This document shows, piece by piece, positions 1 to 9,745 of a DNA stretch of 64,000 nucleotides. Numbering within the stretch: position 1 is the stretch's first letter; each line of letters begins with the position of its first letter. The notes below the pieces were generated by a model, which was not told the DNA's origin, ran no database searches, and saw only the letters and a list, made by a program, of their open reading frames with translations. The translations under genes were made by a program, and so were the position numbers. Origin of the DNA: Candidatus Saelkia tenebricola (GTDB taxonomy: Bacteria; Omnitrophota; Gorgyraeia; Kaelpiales; Kaelpiaceae); NCBI GenBank assembly GCA_030765145.1, contig JAVCDA010000046.1, forward strand, positions 6,142-70,141. Direction: 5' to 3'.

Positions 1-264
1 GCGGAAGATATTGGAGAGAGATTTTTTAGAATTGTGCGTGAGAGAATTCTAGAATTGAATCCGGATTATATAATAATACTTTCTGAAAATAGTAATGTTA
101 GTTTAAAGCAGTGGATGAAATTCCAGTTTTTAAAAGCTGTTTCTGATAAAAATTTGATTATTCTAAGCCCTGATTTGTTTTCTCGGCCTAATCCGGTTTC
201 TTTTGTAAATGCGGTGTTTGTTTTGGCAGAACATATCTATGGAGATAGTTGGCGTGAAAATTAA
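1..264 (+). CDS. ABC transporter periplasmic substrate-binding protein, FecB/BtuF-like; 3' end only, 5' end lies outside the window
   Basis: The C-terminal segment reads like the tail of class III (iron-siderophore/cobalamin) binding proteins. It sits immediately upstream of a FecCD permease and an ATPase. Confidence 0.45.
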   Translation, partial: AEDIGERFFRIVRERILELNPDYIIILSENSNVSLKQWMKFQFLKAVSDKNLIILSPDLFSRPNPVSFVNAVFVLAEHIYGDSWREN

Positions 265-1252
265 AATATTTGCGTTAATAGTTATATTGATTATTGTGTT
301 TTTTTTAGCTTTAAAAATCGGTGTTGTAGATCTTAGCTGGGGGCAAATTTATTCAGCTATAATTTCAGTTATAAAAGGTGTGAATGAAGAATCATTGTGT
401 TTTTCTATCATTAGAGAGATTCGTTTGCCACGAGTTTTGATTGCTTTAATTGTAGGTGCAGGGCTTGCTGTCAGCGGGGCTATATTTCAATCTGTTTTAA
501 GAAATCCTTTGGCGGAACCTTATACGCTGGGAGTTTCAGGCGGAGCATGTTTAGGCGTGGCTTTAGTTACTGTTTTAGGCGGGTATAAATTATTTTTTCT
601 ACTTCCTTTGGCAGGATGGTTAGGAGCAGGAATGTCAGTTTTTATTGTGTATTTTCTCGCTGTGAGACGTGGTTTCTCAACAATTAGCCTTATTCTTTCA
701 GGTATTGTAATCAATTTTTTGTTTTCATCGTTTGTATTAATTTTATTTGCTTTTCTAAAACCCAGTCAGGTTCAGTCTATGATACTTTGGTTGATGGGGG
801 ATTTATCAGGAGCGAATTTCAATTCTGTAAAAATAGGATATGTTGTTATTATACCTTGTCTTATAATTAGCATAGTTTTCACCAAGAGACTGGATATCCT
901 TGGGCTAGGTGATGAGAAAGCATATTCTTTGGGGTTAGACGCTAAGAGGAATAAGAAGTATTTCTATCTTTTAGCATCTACTATCACGGGAACATGCATA
1001 GCTCTTAGTGGAGTTATTGGATTTGTAGGGCTTCTTATCCCTCATTTGATGCGAAGATTCTTCGGCATACCTAATAAAATGGTTTTAATAGCAAGCTCTT
1101 TGGCAGGGGCTGTGTTCCTTTTATTATCCGATACTATTGCAAGGAGTATTATTTCTCCGCAGGAGTTGCCGGTTGGGGTTATAACAGGTTTAATAGGAGG
1201 AGTGTTTTTCTTATTATTGCTTGTTTTAGGTAGGGAGTGGAAAATTGGATAA
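239..1252 (+). CDS. FecCD-family ABC transporter permease (iron-siderophore/cobalamin type)
   Basis: Multi-TM protein with the typical FecCD/BtuC core and the conserved 'REIRLPRVL' stretch. The ATG at 239 is in frame with the ORF that opens at 209. It overlaps the downstream ATPase gene. Confidence 0.85.
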   Translation: MEIVGVKIKIFALIVILIIVFFLALKIGVVDLSWGQIYSAIISVIKGVNEESLCFSIIREIRLPRVLIALIVGAGLAVSGAIFQSVLRNPLAEPYTLGVSGGACLGVALVTVLGGYKLFFLLPLAGWLGAGMSVFIVYFLAVRRGFSTISLILSGIVINFLFSSFVLILFAFLKPSQVQSMILWLMGDLSGANFNSVKIGYVVIIPCLIISIVFTKRLDILGLGDEKAYSLGLDAKRNKKYFYLLASTITGTCIALSGVIGFVGLLIPHLMRRFFGIPNKMVLIASSLAGAVFLLLSDTIARSIISPQELPVGVITGLIGGVFFLLLLVLGREWKIG

Positions 1253-2021
1253 TTTGCTTGAAATAAAAAATGTTTTTTCAGGATATAATAAAAAACCGGT
1301 AATAAAAGGTATAAGTTTTGAAGTTGCCAAAGGAGAATTTATAGGTTTAATCGGTCCTAATGGGGCAGGGAAGAGCACTCTTTTTAAGACTTTAAATGGA
1401 ATTTTGCCCATTTTAAAAGGTGAGGTTTATTATCAAGGGGCTGATTTAACCAAGATGAACTTGAATGAAAGGGCGAGGAGAATTGCTGTGCTTCCACAGG
1501 TTTTTAAAGTGCAGTTTTCTTACACAGTTGAAGAGTTTATATTTTTGGGCAGGTTTCCTTATTCAGAAAGATTTAGGTGTTTTTCTAAAAAAGATGAAAC
1601 AGTTGTTTGTAAATCTATAGAGATGCTTTCATTGCAGAAAATAAGAAATAGAAAGATAAATGAGTTATCAGGAGGGGAATTGCAGAAAGTTTTAGTTGCT
1701 CAGGCTTTTGTTCAAGAACCTGAGCTATTACTGTTAGATGAGCCGACTTCACATCTTGATATCGGTGGGCAGGTTGAAATAATGAATACACTTAGAGATT
1801 TCAATGAAAACGGGCTCACGGTTATTTCTGTGCTACATGATTTAAATCTGGCATCTGAATATTGCAATAGGCTGATACTTTTAAATAACGGAGAGCTTAT
1901 TAAAAATGGAACGCCTCAGGAGGTTATGGATTATCAATTGATCGAGCAGGTTTATAAGGCCAGGGTTGTAATAAAAGAAAATCCTTATTCCAATAAGCCG
2001 TTTCTGATATTATATAATTGA
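1245..2021 (+). CDS. ABC transporter ATP-binding protein (FecE/BtuD-like)
   Basis: Walker A 'GPNGAGKST', ABC signature 'LSGGELQKV', Walker B 'LLLDEPTSHLD' and the H-loop 'VLHDL'. Confidence 0.9.
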   Translation: MDNLLEIKNVFSGYNKKPVIKGISFEVAKGEFIGLIGPNGAGKSTLFKTLNGILPILKGEVYYQGADLTKMNLNERARRIAVLPQVFKVQFSYTVEEFIFLGRFPYSERFRCFSKKDETVVCKSIEMLSLQKIRNRKINELSGGELQKVLVAQAFVQEPELLLLDEPTSHLDIGGQVEIMNTLRDFNENGLTVISVLHDLNLASEYCNRLILLNNGELIKNGTPQEVMDYQLIEQVYKARVVIKENPYSNKPFLILYN

Positions 2022-2062
2022 AAGGCAAGGAGTAAGCTGTATATTCACTAAAGGAGGTTGGT

Positions 2063-3178
2063 ATGAAAATTCTTGTTACCGGTGGGGCTGGATTTATCGG
2101 GTCTTATTTAGTAGACGGACTTATTAAAAACGGCTATGAAGTTATAGTCTATGACAATTTGGAAGAACAGGTTCATCAAGGTAAAACCCCCTCTTATTTA
2201 AATAAAGATGCTCAATATGTCTGGGCTGATGTAGGAGATTATGATTCTTTTAAAAAAGTGCTCTCTAATGTTGAAGGTGTTTTTCATTTTGCTTCTATGG
2301 TTGGAGTTGGTCAATCTCAGTACAGAATAAAAAAATATATGGAAGTCAATGATATCGGAACGGCAAATTTATGGGATATTTTGGTAAATAATAAGCACAA
2401 AGTTAAAAAAGTTATTGTAAGTGCTTCAATGTCCAGTTACGGAGAAGGGTTATATAACTGTAAAAATTGTGGAAGTATTAAACCGCCTTTAAGGGAAGAA
2501 GATCAACTTAAAAATAAAGATTGGGAACTTTATTGTCCTCATTGCCGGGAGAGATTAACTACTATACCAACGGGTGAAAAGGCACCTCTATCACCTAATT
2601 CTATTTATGCTTTAAGTAAGAGAATACAGGAAGATATTTCTTTGCTATTGGGAAAGACTTATGATATTCCTGTTGCATCTTTACGGTTTTTTAATGCATA
2701 TGGGGCGAGGCAATCTCTTTCTAATCCTTATACGGGGGTGTGTGCGATTTTTATATCCCGGTTAAAAAATGATAAATCTCCTGTTGTGTTTGAGGATGGC
2801 AATCAAAGCAGAGATTTTATTTCTGTACACGATATTGTTAGAGCAGCTATTTTAGCCTTAGAGAAGGACGAGGCCAATTATGAGGTGTGTAATATAGGTA
2901 GCGGTAGTCCTATAGCGATTAAAGAGATGGGGTATCTTTTATCCCGTTTGCTTAATAAGGATATAAAACCTTCTATCCCAGGAAGTTATAGGAAAGGTGA
3001 TGTTAGGTATTGTTACGCAGATATTGCAAATGCTAAAAGGGTTCTTGGTTGGAGCCCGGAAGTGGATATTTCAACCGGATTGAAAGAATTGATTGAATGG
3101 GCTAAAACGGAGCCTTCTTTTGATGAATTTGATAAGGCATATGAGGAGCTAATTCAGAAAAAGCTACTTGAACTTTAA
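2063..3178 (+). CDS. NAD-dependent epimerase/dehydratase (extended SDR) with an inserted 4-Cys zinc-ribbon
   Basis: Rossmann motif 'TGGAGFIGS', a catalytic Ser region and 'YALSK' (YxxxK). Between them lies a CxxC...CxxC insertion, 'CKNCGS...CPHCRE'. A GGAGG RBS precedes the start. Confidence 0.8.
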   Translation: MKILVTGGAGFIGSYLVDGLIKNGYEVIVYDNLEEQVHQGKTPSYLNKDAQYVWADVGDYDSFKKVLSNVEGVFHFASMVGVGQSQYRIKKYMEVNDIGTANLWDILVNNKHKVKKVIVSASMSSYGEGLYNCKNCGSIKPPLREEDQLKNKDWELYCPHCRERLTTIPTGEKAPLSPNSIYALSKRIQEDISLLLGKTYDIPVASLRFFNAYGARQSLSNPYTGVCAIFISRLKNDKSPVVFEDGNQSRDFISVHDIVRAAILALEKDEANYEVCNIGSGSPIAIKEMGYLLSRLLNKDIKPSIPGSYRKGDVRYCYADIANAKRVLGWSPEVDISTGLKELIEWAKTEPSFDEFDKAYEELIQKKLLEL

Positions 3179-3180
3179 TT

Positions 3181-4122
3181 ATGAAAGTTTTAATTGCAGG
3201 AGGGGCAGGTTTTATCGGTTCTAATTTTACACGGCTTTTACTTACAAAGGGGTATAAAGTTTGCGTTATCGATAAGTTGACTTATGCTGGAAGAAAGGCA
3301 AACTTAAAAGGTGTTTTAAAAGATATAAAATTTATAAAGGGTGATATCACTTGTTCTGGGGATGTTGAAAAGGCTGTTAAAGGGTGCAATGTGGTTATCA
3401 ATTTTGCGGCGGAGAGCCATGTTGATAAAAGCATTAAAAATGCAGGGGAATTTGTGGAAACTAATTTTTACGGAAGCTATGTTCTATTATCCAGAGCTTT
3501 AAAAGAAAAAATAGATTTATTTCTGCAAATTTCAAGCGATGAGGTATATGGAAGCTTAATAAAAGGAAGTTGCAAAGAAACTGCTGTTTTAAATCCAACA
3601 TCTCCTTATGCTGCTACTAAGGCAAGTGCAGATTTACTCTGCTTGTCTTTTCATAAAACATATGGCTTGCCTGTTATAATTACACGATCGTCTAATAATT
3701 ATGGGTCCTATCAATATCCTGAAAAATTAATTCCTCTATCTGTTATTAAAGCTATTAGGGGTGAGAAAATCCCTCTTTATGGAAACGGCAGTAATATCAG
3801 GGATTGGATAGATGTAGGAGATAATTGTCGGGCGATTGAGCTAATTTTAAGTAAAGGGGAGGCGGGTGAGATTTATAATATTTCTTCTGGTGTAAAGAAG
3901 AAGAATATTGATGTTGTAAGAGGGATTATTAAACATCTAAATAAAAAAATGAGCTTAATAAAATATGTAAAAGACAGACCGAATAACGATTATAGGTATT
4001 CTATGAATTCCTCTAAGGTTCAATTTTTAGGGTGGATTCCATTGATAAAGTTTGATGATGGATTCAAGAAAACGATAGATTGGTATTATGATAATAAAGA
4101 TTGGTGGAAAAAAGTTGTCTAA
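3181..4122 (+). CDS. rfbB: dTDP-glucose 4,6-dehydratase-like SDR
   Basis: 'GGAGFIGSNF' motif, 'YAATKASAD' (YxxxK) and overall RfbB-like length and motif order. Substrate specificity cannot be fixed from the sequence. Confidence 0.7.
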   Translation: MKVLIAGGAGFIGSNFTRLLLTKGYKVCVIDKLTYAGRKANLKGVLKDIKFIKGDITCSGDVEKAVKGCNVVINFAAESHVDKSIKNAGEFVETNFYGSYVLLSRALKEKIDLFLQISSDEVYGSLIKGSCKETAVLNPTSPYAATKASADLLCLSFHKTYGLPVIITRSSNNYGSYQYPEKLIPLSVIKAIRGEKIPLYGNGSNIRDWIDVGDNCRAIELILSKGEAGEIYNISSGVKKKNIDVVRGIIKHLNKKMSLIKYVKDRPNNDYRYSMNSSKVQFLGWIPLIKFDDGFKKTIDWYYDNKDWWKKVV

Positions 4123-4753
4123 GGTAAAGCTTGTGATATTTGATTTGGACGGGACACTTGTTAACGCATACCGTGCAATAGAAGTTTCGCTTAATTATAC
4201 CCGGGCTAGATTTAATTTACCTAATGTCGGTTATAGAACAATTAAGGCATCGGTAGGGGGAGGAGATAAAAATTTTATAGCATTCTTTTTCCCTCTTAAT
4301 TTAGTCGAGAAAGCTTTGGCTGTTTATAGGAAAAAACATGCCCGGGAGTTGATTAATAGCGTGAAGCTTTTGCCTCATTCGGTAAGTATTTTATCTTATT
4401 TAAAACGCAATAATTATTTAATTGCCATAGCCAGTAACCGGCCGACTTTTTTTACAGAGTTGATATTAAGACATCTTAAACTCAATAGGTTCATCGATTA
4501 TGTTTTATGTGCAGATAAAATCAATAAATTAAAACCTGATCCTCAGATTCTGTTTGATGTTATGAAAAAGCTTAAATGTTCTCCTGGTGAATCTATTTAT
4601 GTCGGAGATATGGCAATAGATGTGGAAACCGCTAAAAATGCCAAGATTAAGGCTATAGCTGTTAGAACAGGTTCGAGTAGTGCTCAAGAGTTAGAGAATA
4701 AAAAGCCCTTTTTTATCCTGGATAATCTAAAGCTTCTTCGTGATTTGCTATAG
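4088..4753 (+). CDS. HAD-superfamily hydrolase (phosphatase, subfamily IA-like)
   Basis: HAD motif I 'FDLDGTLV' and a C-terminal 'GDMAIDVETAKNA' motif. The true start is uncertain: alternatives in frame are TTG 4115 or GTG 4133, because the ORF overlaps the rfbB stop. Confidence 0.7.
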   Translation: MIIKIGGKKLSKVKLVIFDLDGTLVNAYRAIEVSLNYTRARFNLPNVGYRTIKASVGGGDKNFIAFFFPLNLVEKALAVYRKKHARELINSVKLLPHSVSILSYLKRNNYLIAIASNRPTFFTELILRHLKLNRFIDYVLCADKINKLKPDPQILFDVMKKLKCSPGESIYVGDMAIDVETAKNAKIKAIAVRTGSSSAQELENKKPFFILDNLKLLRDLL

Positions 4754-4781
4754 TTTTTTTTAAATAAACAGAGAAATATGC

Positions 4782-4811
4782 TTGACAAGAAAATGTGGTT
4801 TGTTGTATATT
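4782..4811 (+). promoter_or_regulatory. sigma70-type promoter of the hrcA operon (-35 TTGACA 4782-4787, -10 TATATT 4806-4811)
   Basis: Hexamers read directly from the sequence, with an 18-bp spacer. The promoter sits just upstream of, and abuts, the CIRCE element. Confidence 0.55.
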
Positions 4812-4837
4812 TAGCACTCGTAATAAAAGAGTGCTAA
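4811..4837 (+). promoter_or_regulatory. CIRCE operator (HrcA binding site), TTAGCACTC-N9-GAGTGCTAA
   Basis: Perfect match to the CIRCE inverted repeat with a 9-nt spacer, located 10 bp upstream of hrcA. Confidence 0.95.
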
Positions 4838-4847
4838 AGAGGTTGTT

Positions 4848-5897
4848 ATGTTAAATACAGAAAAAACAGAAGAAAGGAAGAAAAAAATACTTACAAGTAT
4901 AGTGAAGACTTATATTGAAACGGCTTCTCCGGTTGCTTCTAAGATGTTAGTTTCCAAGTATAGGCTTGATTTCAGTCCTGCAACTGTGAGAAATATTATG
5001 GCTGAGTTGGAAGATATGGGGTACTTGCAACATCTACATACATCATCGGGTAGAATACCCACTGATAAGGGGTATAGACATTATGTGGATACTATTATGG
5101 AAACCCAGCAGCTTACGCCCTCAGAAAAGAAAAAGATATTGATGAAGCTTATCAATGCTCAGTGGGAAGAAATGGAAAATTTGTTGGAAAGCGCACTGAA
5201 TGTGGTATCTAATTATACTAATCAAATGAGTGTTCTGGTGTATTATCGGGCTCGGAATATTTATGTCGAGAAAATAGATTTGATTTATATCAATAAACTT
5301 AGAATTCTTTTTATCATCGTGGCTGATTCTGGAGATGTTGTACATCTTTTTATTGAAGATGAGAATCTTCCCAAAATTGATGAGTTAAGCAAATTGTTAA
5401 ATTTTGTAAATAGCGAATTAAAAGGAGAGGCTTTAAATGATATAAAAAATAAGATAAAAAAGAATCTTATTTCTTCGCATAATCCTTTTTACCATGTTTT
5501 TTCCAATTTGTTAATACTATTGATAGAAGCTTTGGAAAATATAGAAGAGAAGGCATTCTTATATCAGGGGACAAATAAAATAACTAAGTGTCCAGAGTTC
5601 AATAATGTAAGTGTTTTGCATAATATTATCGATATGTTGGAAAAAGAGGTTGAACTCGTTAAAATGTTGGAAAGCGATTTTAAAGGTTCTGATATAAGTA
5701 TCCACATCGGTAGAGAAAATCCATATCAATGTGCGCACAATTGCTGTATAATCTCAGCTCAATACAAACTTAAAGGTAGAGTATTGGGTACTATAGGTGT
5801 TTTGGGACCTACACGATTGCCTTACGGTAGGACGGTATCTGTTGTAAAATACGTTTCTGAAATTCTGGGCCAGGCATTGGAGAGCGCATTATTTTAA
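4848..5897 (+). CDS. hrcA: heat-inducible transcriptional repressor HrcA
   Basis: Position at the head of the grpE-dnaK-dnaJ operon, CIRCE upstream, and HrcA-like length and N-terminal winged-helix region. Confidence 0.9.
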   Translation: MLNTEKTEERKKKILTSIVKTYIETASPVASKMLVSKYRLDFSPATVRNIMAELEDMGYLQHLHTSSGRIPTDKGYRHYVDTIMETQQLTPSEKKKILMKLINAQWEEMENLLESALNVVSNYTNQMSVLVYYRARNIYVEKIDLIYINKLRILFIIVADSGDVVHLFIEDENLPKIDELSKLLNFVNSELKGEALNDIKNKIKKNLISSHNPFYHVFSNLLILLIEALENIEEKAFLYQGTNKITKCPEFNNVSVLHNIIDMLEKEVELVKMLESDFKGSDISIHIGRENPYQCAHNCCIISAQYKLKGRVLGTIGVLGPTRLPYGRTVSVVKYVSEILGQALESALF

Positions 5898-5911
5898 AGG
5901 AGATAAGTATT

Positions 5912-6496
5912 ATGACTAAAAGAAAACATGATTCAGGTTTCAAGAAAGAACATCTTGAGAATAAAGATTTAGATAAAACAACCGGGAAAGATACTCCTAA
6001 TACAAAGCAGGTGAAACTGGATTTGAATGAAATGGAGGATAAATGGTTGCGTGCGGCTGCAGAGCTTGAGAATTATAAGAAAAAATGGTCGAAAGAAAAG
6101 AATGAATTAATAACATATATTCGGGTTGAATTTATGAAAGAGTTTCTTCCGTTATTGGACCATTTTGAAAATGCAATGCAGATTTTGCCGGAAGAAAAAG
6201 ATGATTTTGAAAAAGGGATTGAGATAATTTTCAGTGAAGTAAATAATGTCTTTTCTCGATATGGGTTGACTAAGATAGATAATTTAGTAGGAGAGGATTT
6301 TAATCCCTTTGAACAGGAAGCAATTGGTTATGAAGAAAACGAAGAATTTTCAGAAGGTAAAGTTATAGAAGTTTTAAGAGCGGGTTATAAGTTAGATGAG
6401 TTGCTCTTAAGACCTGCCTGGGTTAAGGTGTCTAAAGGTAGGAACATAGAAGATGAAACTACAGATGTTAAGCAGGATGTTTTAAACGGTGAATAA
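5912..6496 (+). CDS. grpE: nucleotide exchange factor GrpE
   Basis: Coiled-coil N-terminus, GrpE-like C-terminal domain, and position between hrcA and dnaK. Confidence 0.9.
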   Translation: MTKRKHDSGFKKEHLENKDLDKTTGKDTPNTKQVKLDLNEMEDKWLRAAAELENYKKKWSKEKNELITYIRVEFMKEFLPLLDHFENAMQILPEEKDDFEKGIEIIFSEVNNVFSRYGLTKIDNLVGEDFNPFEQEAIGYEENEEFSEGKVIEVLRAGYKLDELLLRPAWVKVSKGRNIEDETTDVKQDVLNGE

Positions 6497-6535
6497 TGGT
6501 AAAAATATTGTTTATTAAATCAAGGAGGTGTAAAA

Positions 6536-8461
6536 ATGGCTAAAGCAATAGGAATTGATCTTGGAACTACAAATTCAGTAATAGGGATATTTGAAGCAGG
6601 TGAACCTAAAGTCATAGCTAACAAAGAAGGTTCTCGTTTGACTCCCTCGGTTGTGGCATTTACTAAGACAGGAGATATTTTAGCAGGAGGACCTGCTAAA
6701 AGGCAGGCTGTTACTAATGCAGAAAATACTGTTTTCTCCATTAAGAGGTTTATGGGTAGACGTTATGAAGAGGTTAATGAAGAAATGAAAATGGTGCCTT
6801 ACAAGGTAATGAAAGCCGAAAACGGAGATGCCAGGATTCAGATAGGTGATAAAGTTTATTCACCGCCGGAAATTTCTGCTTCTGTATTAAGAAAATTAAA
6901 GGAAGATGCTGAGGAATATTTAGGTGAAAAAGTTACCCAGGCAGTTATTACAGTTCCTGCTTACTTTAATGACTCTCAGCGTCAGGCGACTAAAGATGCA
7001 GGTGTGATTGCAGGATTAGAGGTGTTAAGAATCATCAATGAGCCTACGGCTGCTGCTTTAGCCTATGGTTTGGATAAGAAAAAAAGTGGGAAAATTGCAA
7101 TATATGATTTTGGAGGAGGAACATTCGATGTTTCTATTTTGGAGATTGACGGGACAATAGTTGAGGTAAAATCGACATCTGGAGATACGCATTTAGGAGG
7201 AGATAACATTGATCAAAGAATCATAGATTGGATTGCAGACGAATTCAAGCAGAAGGAATCGATAGACTTAAGGCAGGATAGGATGGCGCTACAAAGATTA
7301 AAGGAAGCAGCGGAGAAAGCAAAATGCGAGCTTTCTTTCGGTTTGCAAGCTGAGATTAATCTTCCCTTTGTTACTGCAGATCAAGCTGGACCGAAACATT
7401 TAACAATGACTTTAACACGTGCAAAGCTGGAGTCTCTTTGTATAGATATCTTAGAAAGAACTATAAATCCATGTCGACAGGCTTTAAAAGATGCCAAATT
7501 GACACCGGAAGATATAGACGAAGTAGTTTTAGTCGGAGGACAGACTAGAATGCCTAAAGTTGAAGAGATTGTAAAAGGAATTTTTGGTAAAGAACCTCAC
7601 AAAGGTGTTAATCCTGATGAGGTTGTGGCTTTAGGTGCTGCTATTCAGGTTGGTGTTATTGTAGGAGACGGTGCTGTTAAGGATATTTTACTGCTGGATG
7701 TAACACCTCTTTCTTTAGGGCTTGAGACGCTGGGAGGGGTTATGACTACACTGATTCCGCGTAATACAACAATTCCGACTAAAAAGAGTGAAACTTTTAC
7801 AACTGCAGCAGATAGCCAGACTAATGTGGAGGTTCATGTTTTACAGGGAGAACGTCCTATGGCACGTGATAACAGGTCTCTGGGGAGATTTATCTTGGAA
7901 GGTATTCCTGCAGCACCTCGGGGAATTCCTCAGATAGAGGTTTCTTTTGACATAGATAGAAATGGGATTTTGCATGTTACTGCTAAAGATAAAGGTACCG
8001 GTAAAGAAAATAAGATAAGAATAGAGTCTTCCAGCGGTTTAGAGAAAAACGAAGTGGAAAATCTGGTTAAAGATTCTGAAGCGCATAGTGAGGAAGATAA
8101 GAAGAAAAAAGAGCTTATTGAAGTAAGAAATGAGTTTGATAGTGTAATTTACGGAACAGAGAAAACTTTAAAGGAATATGGAGATAAAATTCAGGAGACT
8201 GAAAAGAAGGCAGTAGAAGATGCTCTTAGTGCAGCCAAGCAGAAACTGTCTTCAGAAAATGTTCAAGAGATAAAAGATGCTAAAGATGCACTTATGAAGG
8301 TTTCACATAAATTGGCAGAAGAGATGTATAAAAAGACAGCAGCTCAGGAAGCACAAGATTCAGCTCCTCAGGAAGAGCCTCAGCAAGAGGAAAAAACACA
8401 AGAAGATGTAGATAAAAAAGATAAAGGAGATGTTATAGATGCGGAATTTAAAGAGGAATAA
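6536..8461 (+). CDS. dnaK: molecular chaperone DnaK (Hsp70)
   Basis: '[10 protein letters not shown]', 'DLGGGTFD' and '[10 protein letters not shown]' motifs; 641 aa. Confidence 0.98.
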   Translation: MAKAIGIDLGTTNSVIGIFEAGEPKVIANKEGSRLTPSVVAFTKTGDILAGGPAKRQAVTNAENTVFSIKRFMGRRYEEVNEEMKMVPYKVMKAENGDARIQIGDKVYSPPEISASVLRKLKEDAEEYLGEKVTQAVITVPAYFNDSQRQATKDAGVIAGLEVLRIINEPTAAALAYGLDKKKSGKIAIYDFGGGTFDVSILEIDGTIVEVKSTSGDTHLGGDNIDQRIIDWIADEFKQKESIDLRQDRMALQRLKEAAEKAKCELSFGLQAEINLPFVTADQAGPKHLTMTLTRAKLESLCIDILERTINPCRQALKDAKLTPEDIDEVVLVGGQTRMPKVEEIVKGIFGKEPHKGVNPDEVVALGAAIQVGVIVGDGAVKDILLLDVTPLSLGLETLGGVMTTLIPRNTTIPTKKSETFTTAADSQTNVEVHVLQGERPMARDNRSLGRFILEGIPAAPRGIPQIEVSFDIDRNGILHVTAKDKGTGKENKIRIESSSGLEKNEVENLVKDSEAHSEEDKKKKELIEVRNEFDSVIYGTEKTLKEYGDKIQETEKKAVEDALSAAKQKLSSENVQEIKDAKDALMKVSHKLAEEMYKKTAAQEAQDSAPQEEPQQEEKTQEDVDKKDKGDVIDAEFKEE

Positions 8462-8481
8462 ATGAGAATTCAAAATATAAT

Positions 8482-9639
8482 ATGAAAAAAGATTATTATG
8501 AAATATTAGGCATCTTACGAAATGCCAGCAAAGAAGATATTAAACAGGCTTTTCGTAAATTGGCACTGCAATATCATCCTGACAGGGTTGCTTCGGATAA
8601 AAAAGAGGAATCAGAGGAAAAATTCAAAGAGATTTCAGAAGCTTATGCAGTTCTTTCAGATGATGAGAAAAAAGCGCAGTATGATATGTATGGCCATGCA
8701 GGGATAAATTCTCACTACACACATGAAGATTTATTTCGAGGGGCGGATTTCTCAAGCATTTTTTCGGATTTGGGATTTGGTGGTGGCGGATCTTCAATAT
8801 TTGAACACTTGTTTGGGGGGGGTGATTTTTTTGGCTCATCTGGTGGAGGTAATTCAAGAAGGGTACATAGAGGAAGAGATTTAGAATTTACTGTGAATTT
8901 AGAGTTTAAAGAAGCTGTAAAAGGGGTAAACAAAACAATAAATTTTCCCTCTTACAAAGAATGTGCTTCTTGTCGAGGGACAGGAGATAAATCGGGCAAA
9001 CTTTCAACTTGTTCAAGTTGTCAGGGGAGCGGAAAAGTTTCTACACAAAAGAGTTTCTTTTCTCTTACTACAACATGTCCTCAGTGCAAGGGAGCGGGGT
9101 CTGTTGTAGCTAATCCATGTGTGAAGTGTGCTGGAATAGGGAGGATTCGCGATAACCAGAAGCTGGAGGTCAAAATTCCTGCAGGAGTAGATGATGGAAG
9201 TGTTTTAAGGCTTACAGGTAAAGGTGAACAGGGAAGGAAGGGAGGTGGTCCCGGAGACTTATACATACATATCAACGTAAAACCTCATCAGTTTTTTAAA
9301 CGGGAAATGCGGGATATAATTTTAAATGTTCCTATTACATGTATGGAGGCAATTTTAGGTGCTGAAATAAAAGTGCCGACAATTGAAGGTAGTGTAAAAA
9401 TGAAAATACCCTCTGGTACTCAAAACGGTAAGATGTTTAGAATAAAGGGTAAAGGTATACCAGATCCAAGGCGCGGAGGTAGAGGAGATCAATTGGTAAG
9501 AGTATTTGTTGAAATTCCCGTGAACTTGAACCGAAAGCAGAAAAAAAATCTGGAGGATATTAGTCGTGATATTTCAGGGAATAGCTATCCTGAAAAAGAG
9601 AATTATTTTAGAGTTTTGAAAAACGTGCCGCTTGATTGA
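8482..9639 (+). CDS. dnaJ: molecular chaperone DnaJ
   Basis: J-domain with the HPD motif, a G/F-rich linker, and four CxxCxGxG zinc-finger repeats. Confidence 0.97.
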   Translation: MKKDYYEILGILRNASKEDIKQAFRKLALQYHPDRVASDKKEESEEKFKEISEAYAVLSDDEKKAQYDMYGHAGINSHYTHEDLFRGADFSSIFSDLGFGGGGSSIFEHLFGGGDFFGSSGGGNSRRVHRGRDLEFTVNLEFKEAVKGVNKTINFPSYKECASCRGTGDKSGKLSTCSSCQGSGKVSTQKSFFSLTTTCPQCKGAGSVVANPCVKCAGIGRIRDNQKLEVKIPAGVDDGSVLRLTGKGEQGRKGGGPGDLYIHINVKPHQFFKREMRDIILNVPITCMEAILGAEIKVPTIEGSVKMKIPSGTQNGKMFRIKGKGIPDPRRGGRGDQLVRVFVEIPVNLNRKQKKNLEDISRDISGNSYPEKENYFRVLKNVPLD

Positions 9640-9745
9640 TGAATTCTTTCTTTATTTTTTGTATGTTTTATATTATATCGGATAAAATAAATTGTGATTT
9701 CATTATTGAATGAATGGGTAAAGTTGTTTTAAAAATTGTGGCGAG

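Noticed and set aside
520-714. Antisense and embedded 60-110 aa ORFs throughout the window. Examples: 520-714(-), 1226-1411(-), 5121-5345(-), 6520-6741(-), 8522-8707(+), 8624-8857(-), 8715-8933(-), 9081-9275(-), 10105-10296(-), 12464-12772(+), 13121-13309(-), 13792-14022(-), 14489-14818(-), 14901-15086(-), 15642-15863(-), 15988-16179(-), 17023-17208(-), 20269-20574(-), 22484-22696(-), 24297-24500(-), 25494-25703(-), 27713-27979(-), 28181-28369(-), 28471-28665(-), 30945-31169(+), 31357-31569(-), 32227-32448(-), 33399-33623(-), 34002-34295(+), 34495-34818(-), 36574-36846(-), 37761-37964(-), 38075-38266(-), 38916-39225(-), 41077-41307(-), 42329-42649(-), 46987-47304(-), 48854-49054(-), 50201-50786(-), 52785-53003(-), 54741-54938(-), 56361-56558(-), 56521-56812(+/-), 58270-58455(-), 61735-62118(-), 62903-63085(-), 63153-63404(-)
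   Set aside because: Each lies wholly inside, or antisense to, a well-supported conserved gene. They have low-complexity or skewed composition and no RBS or promoter context. They are treated as spurious frames.
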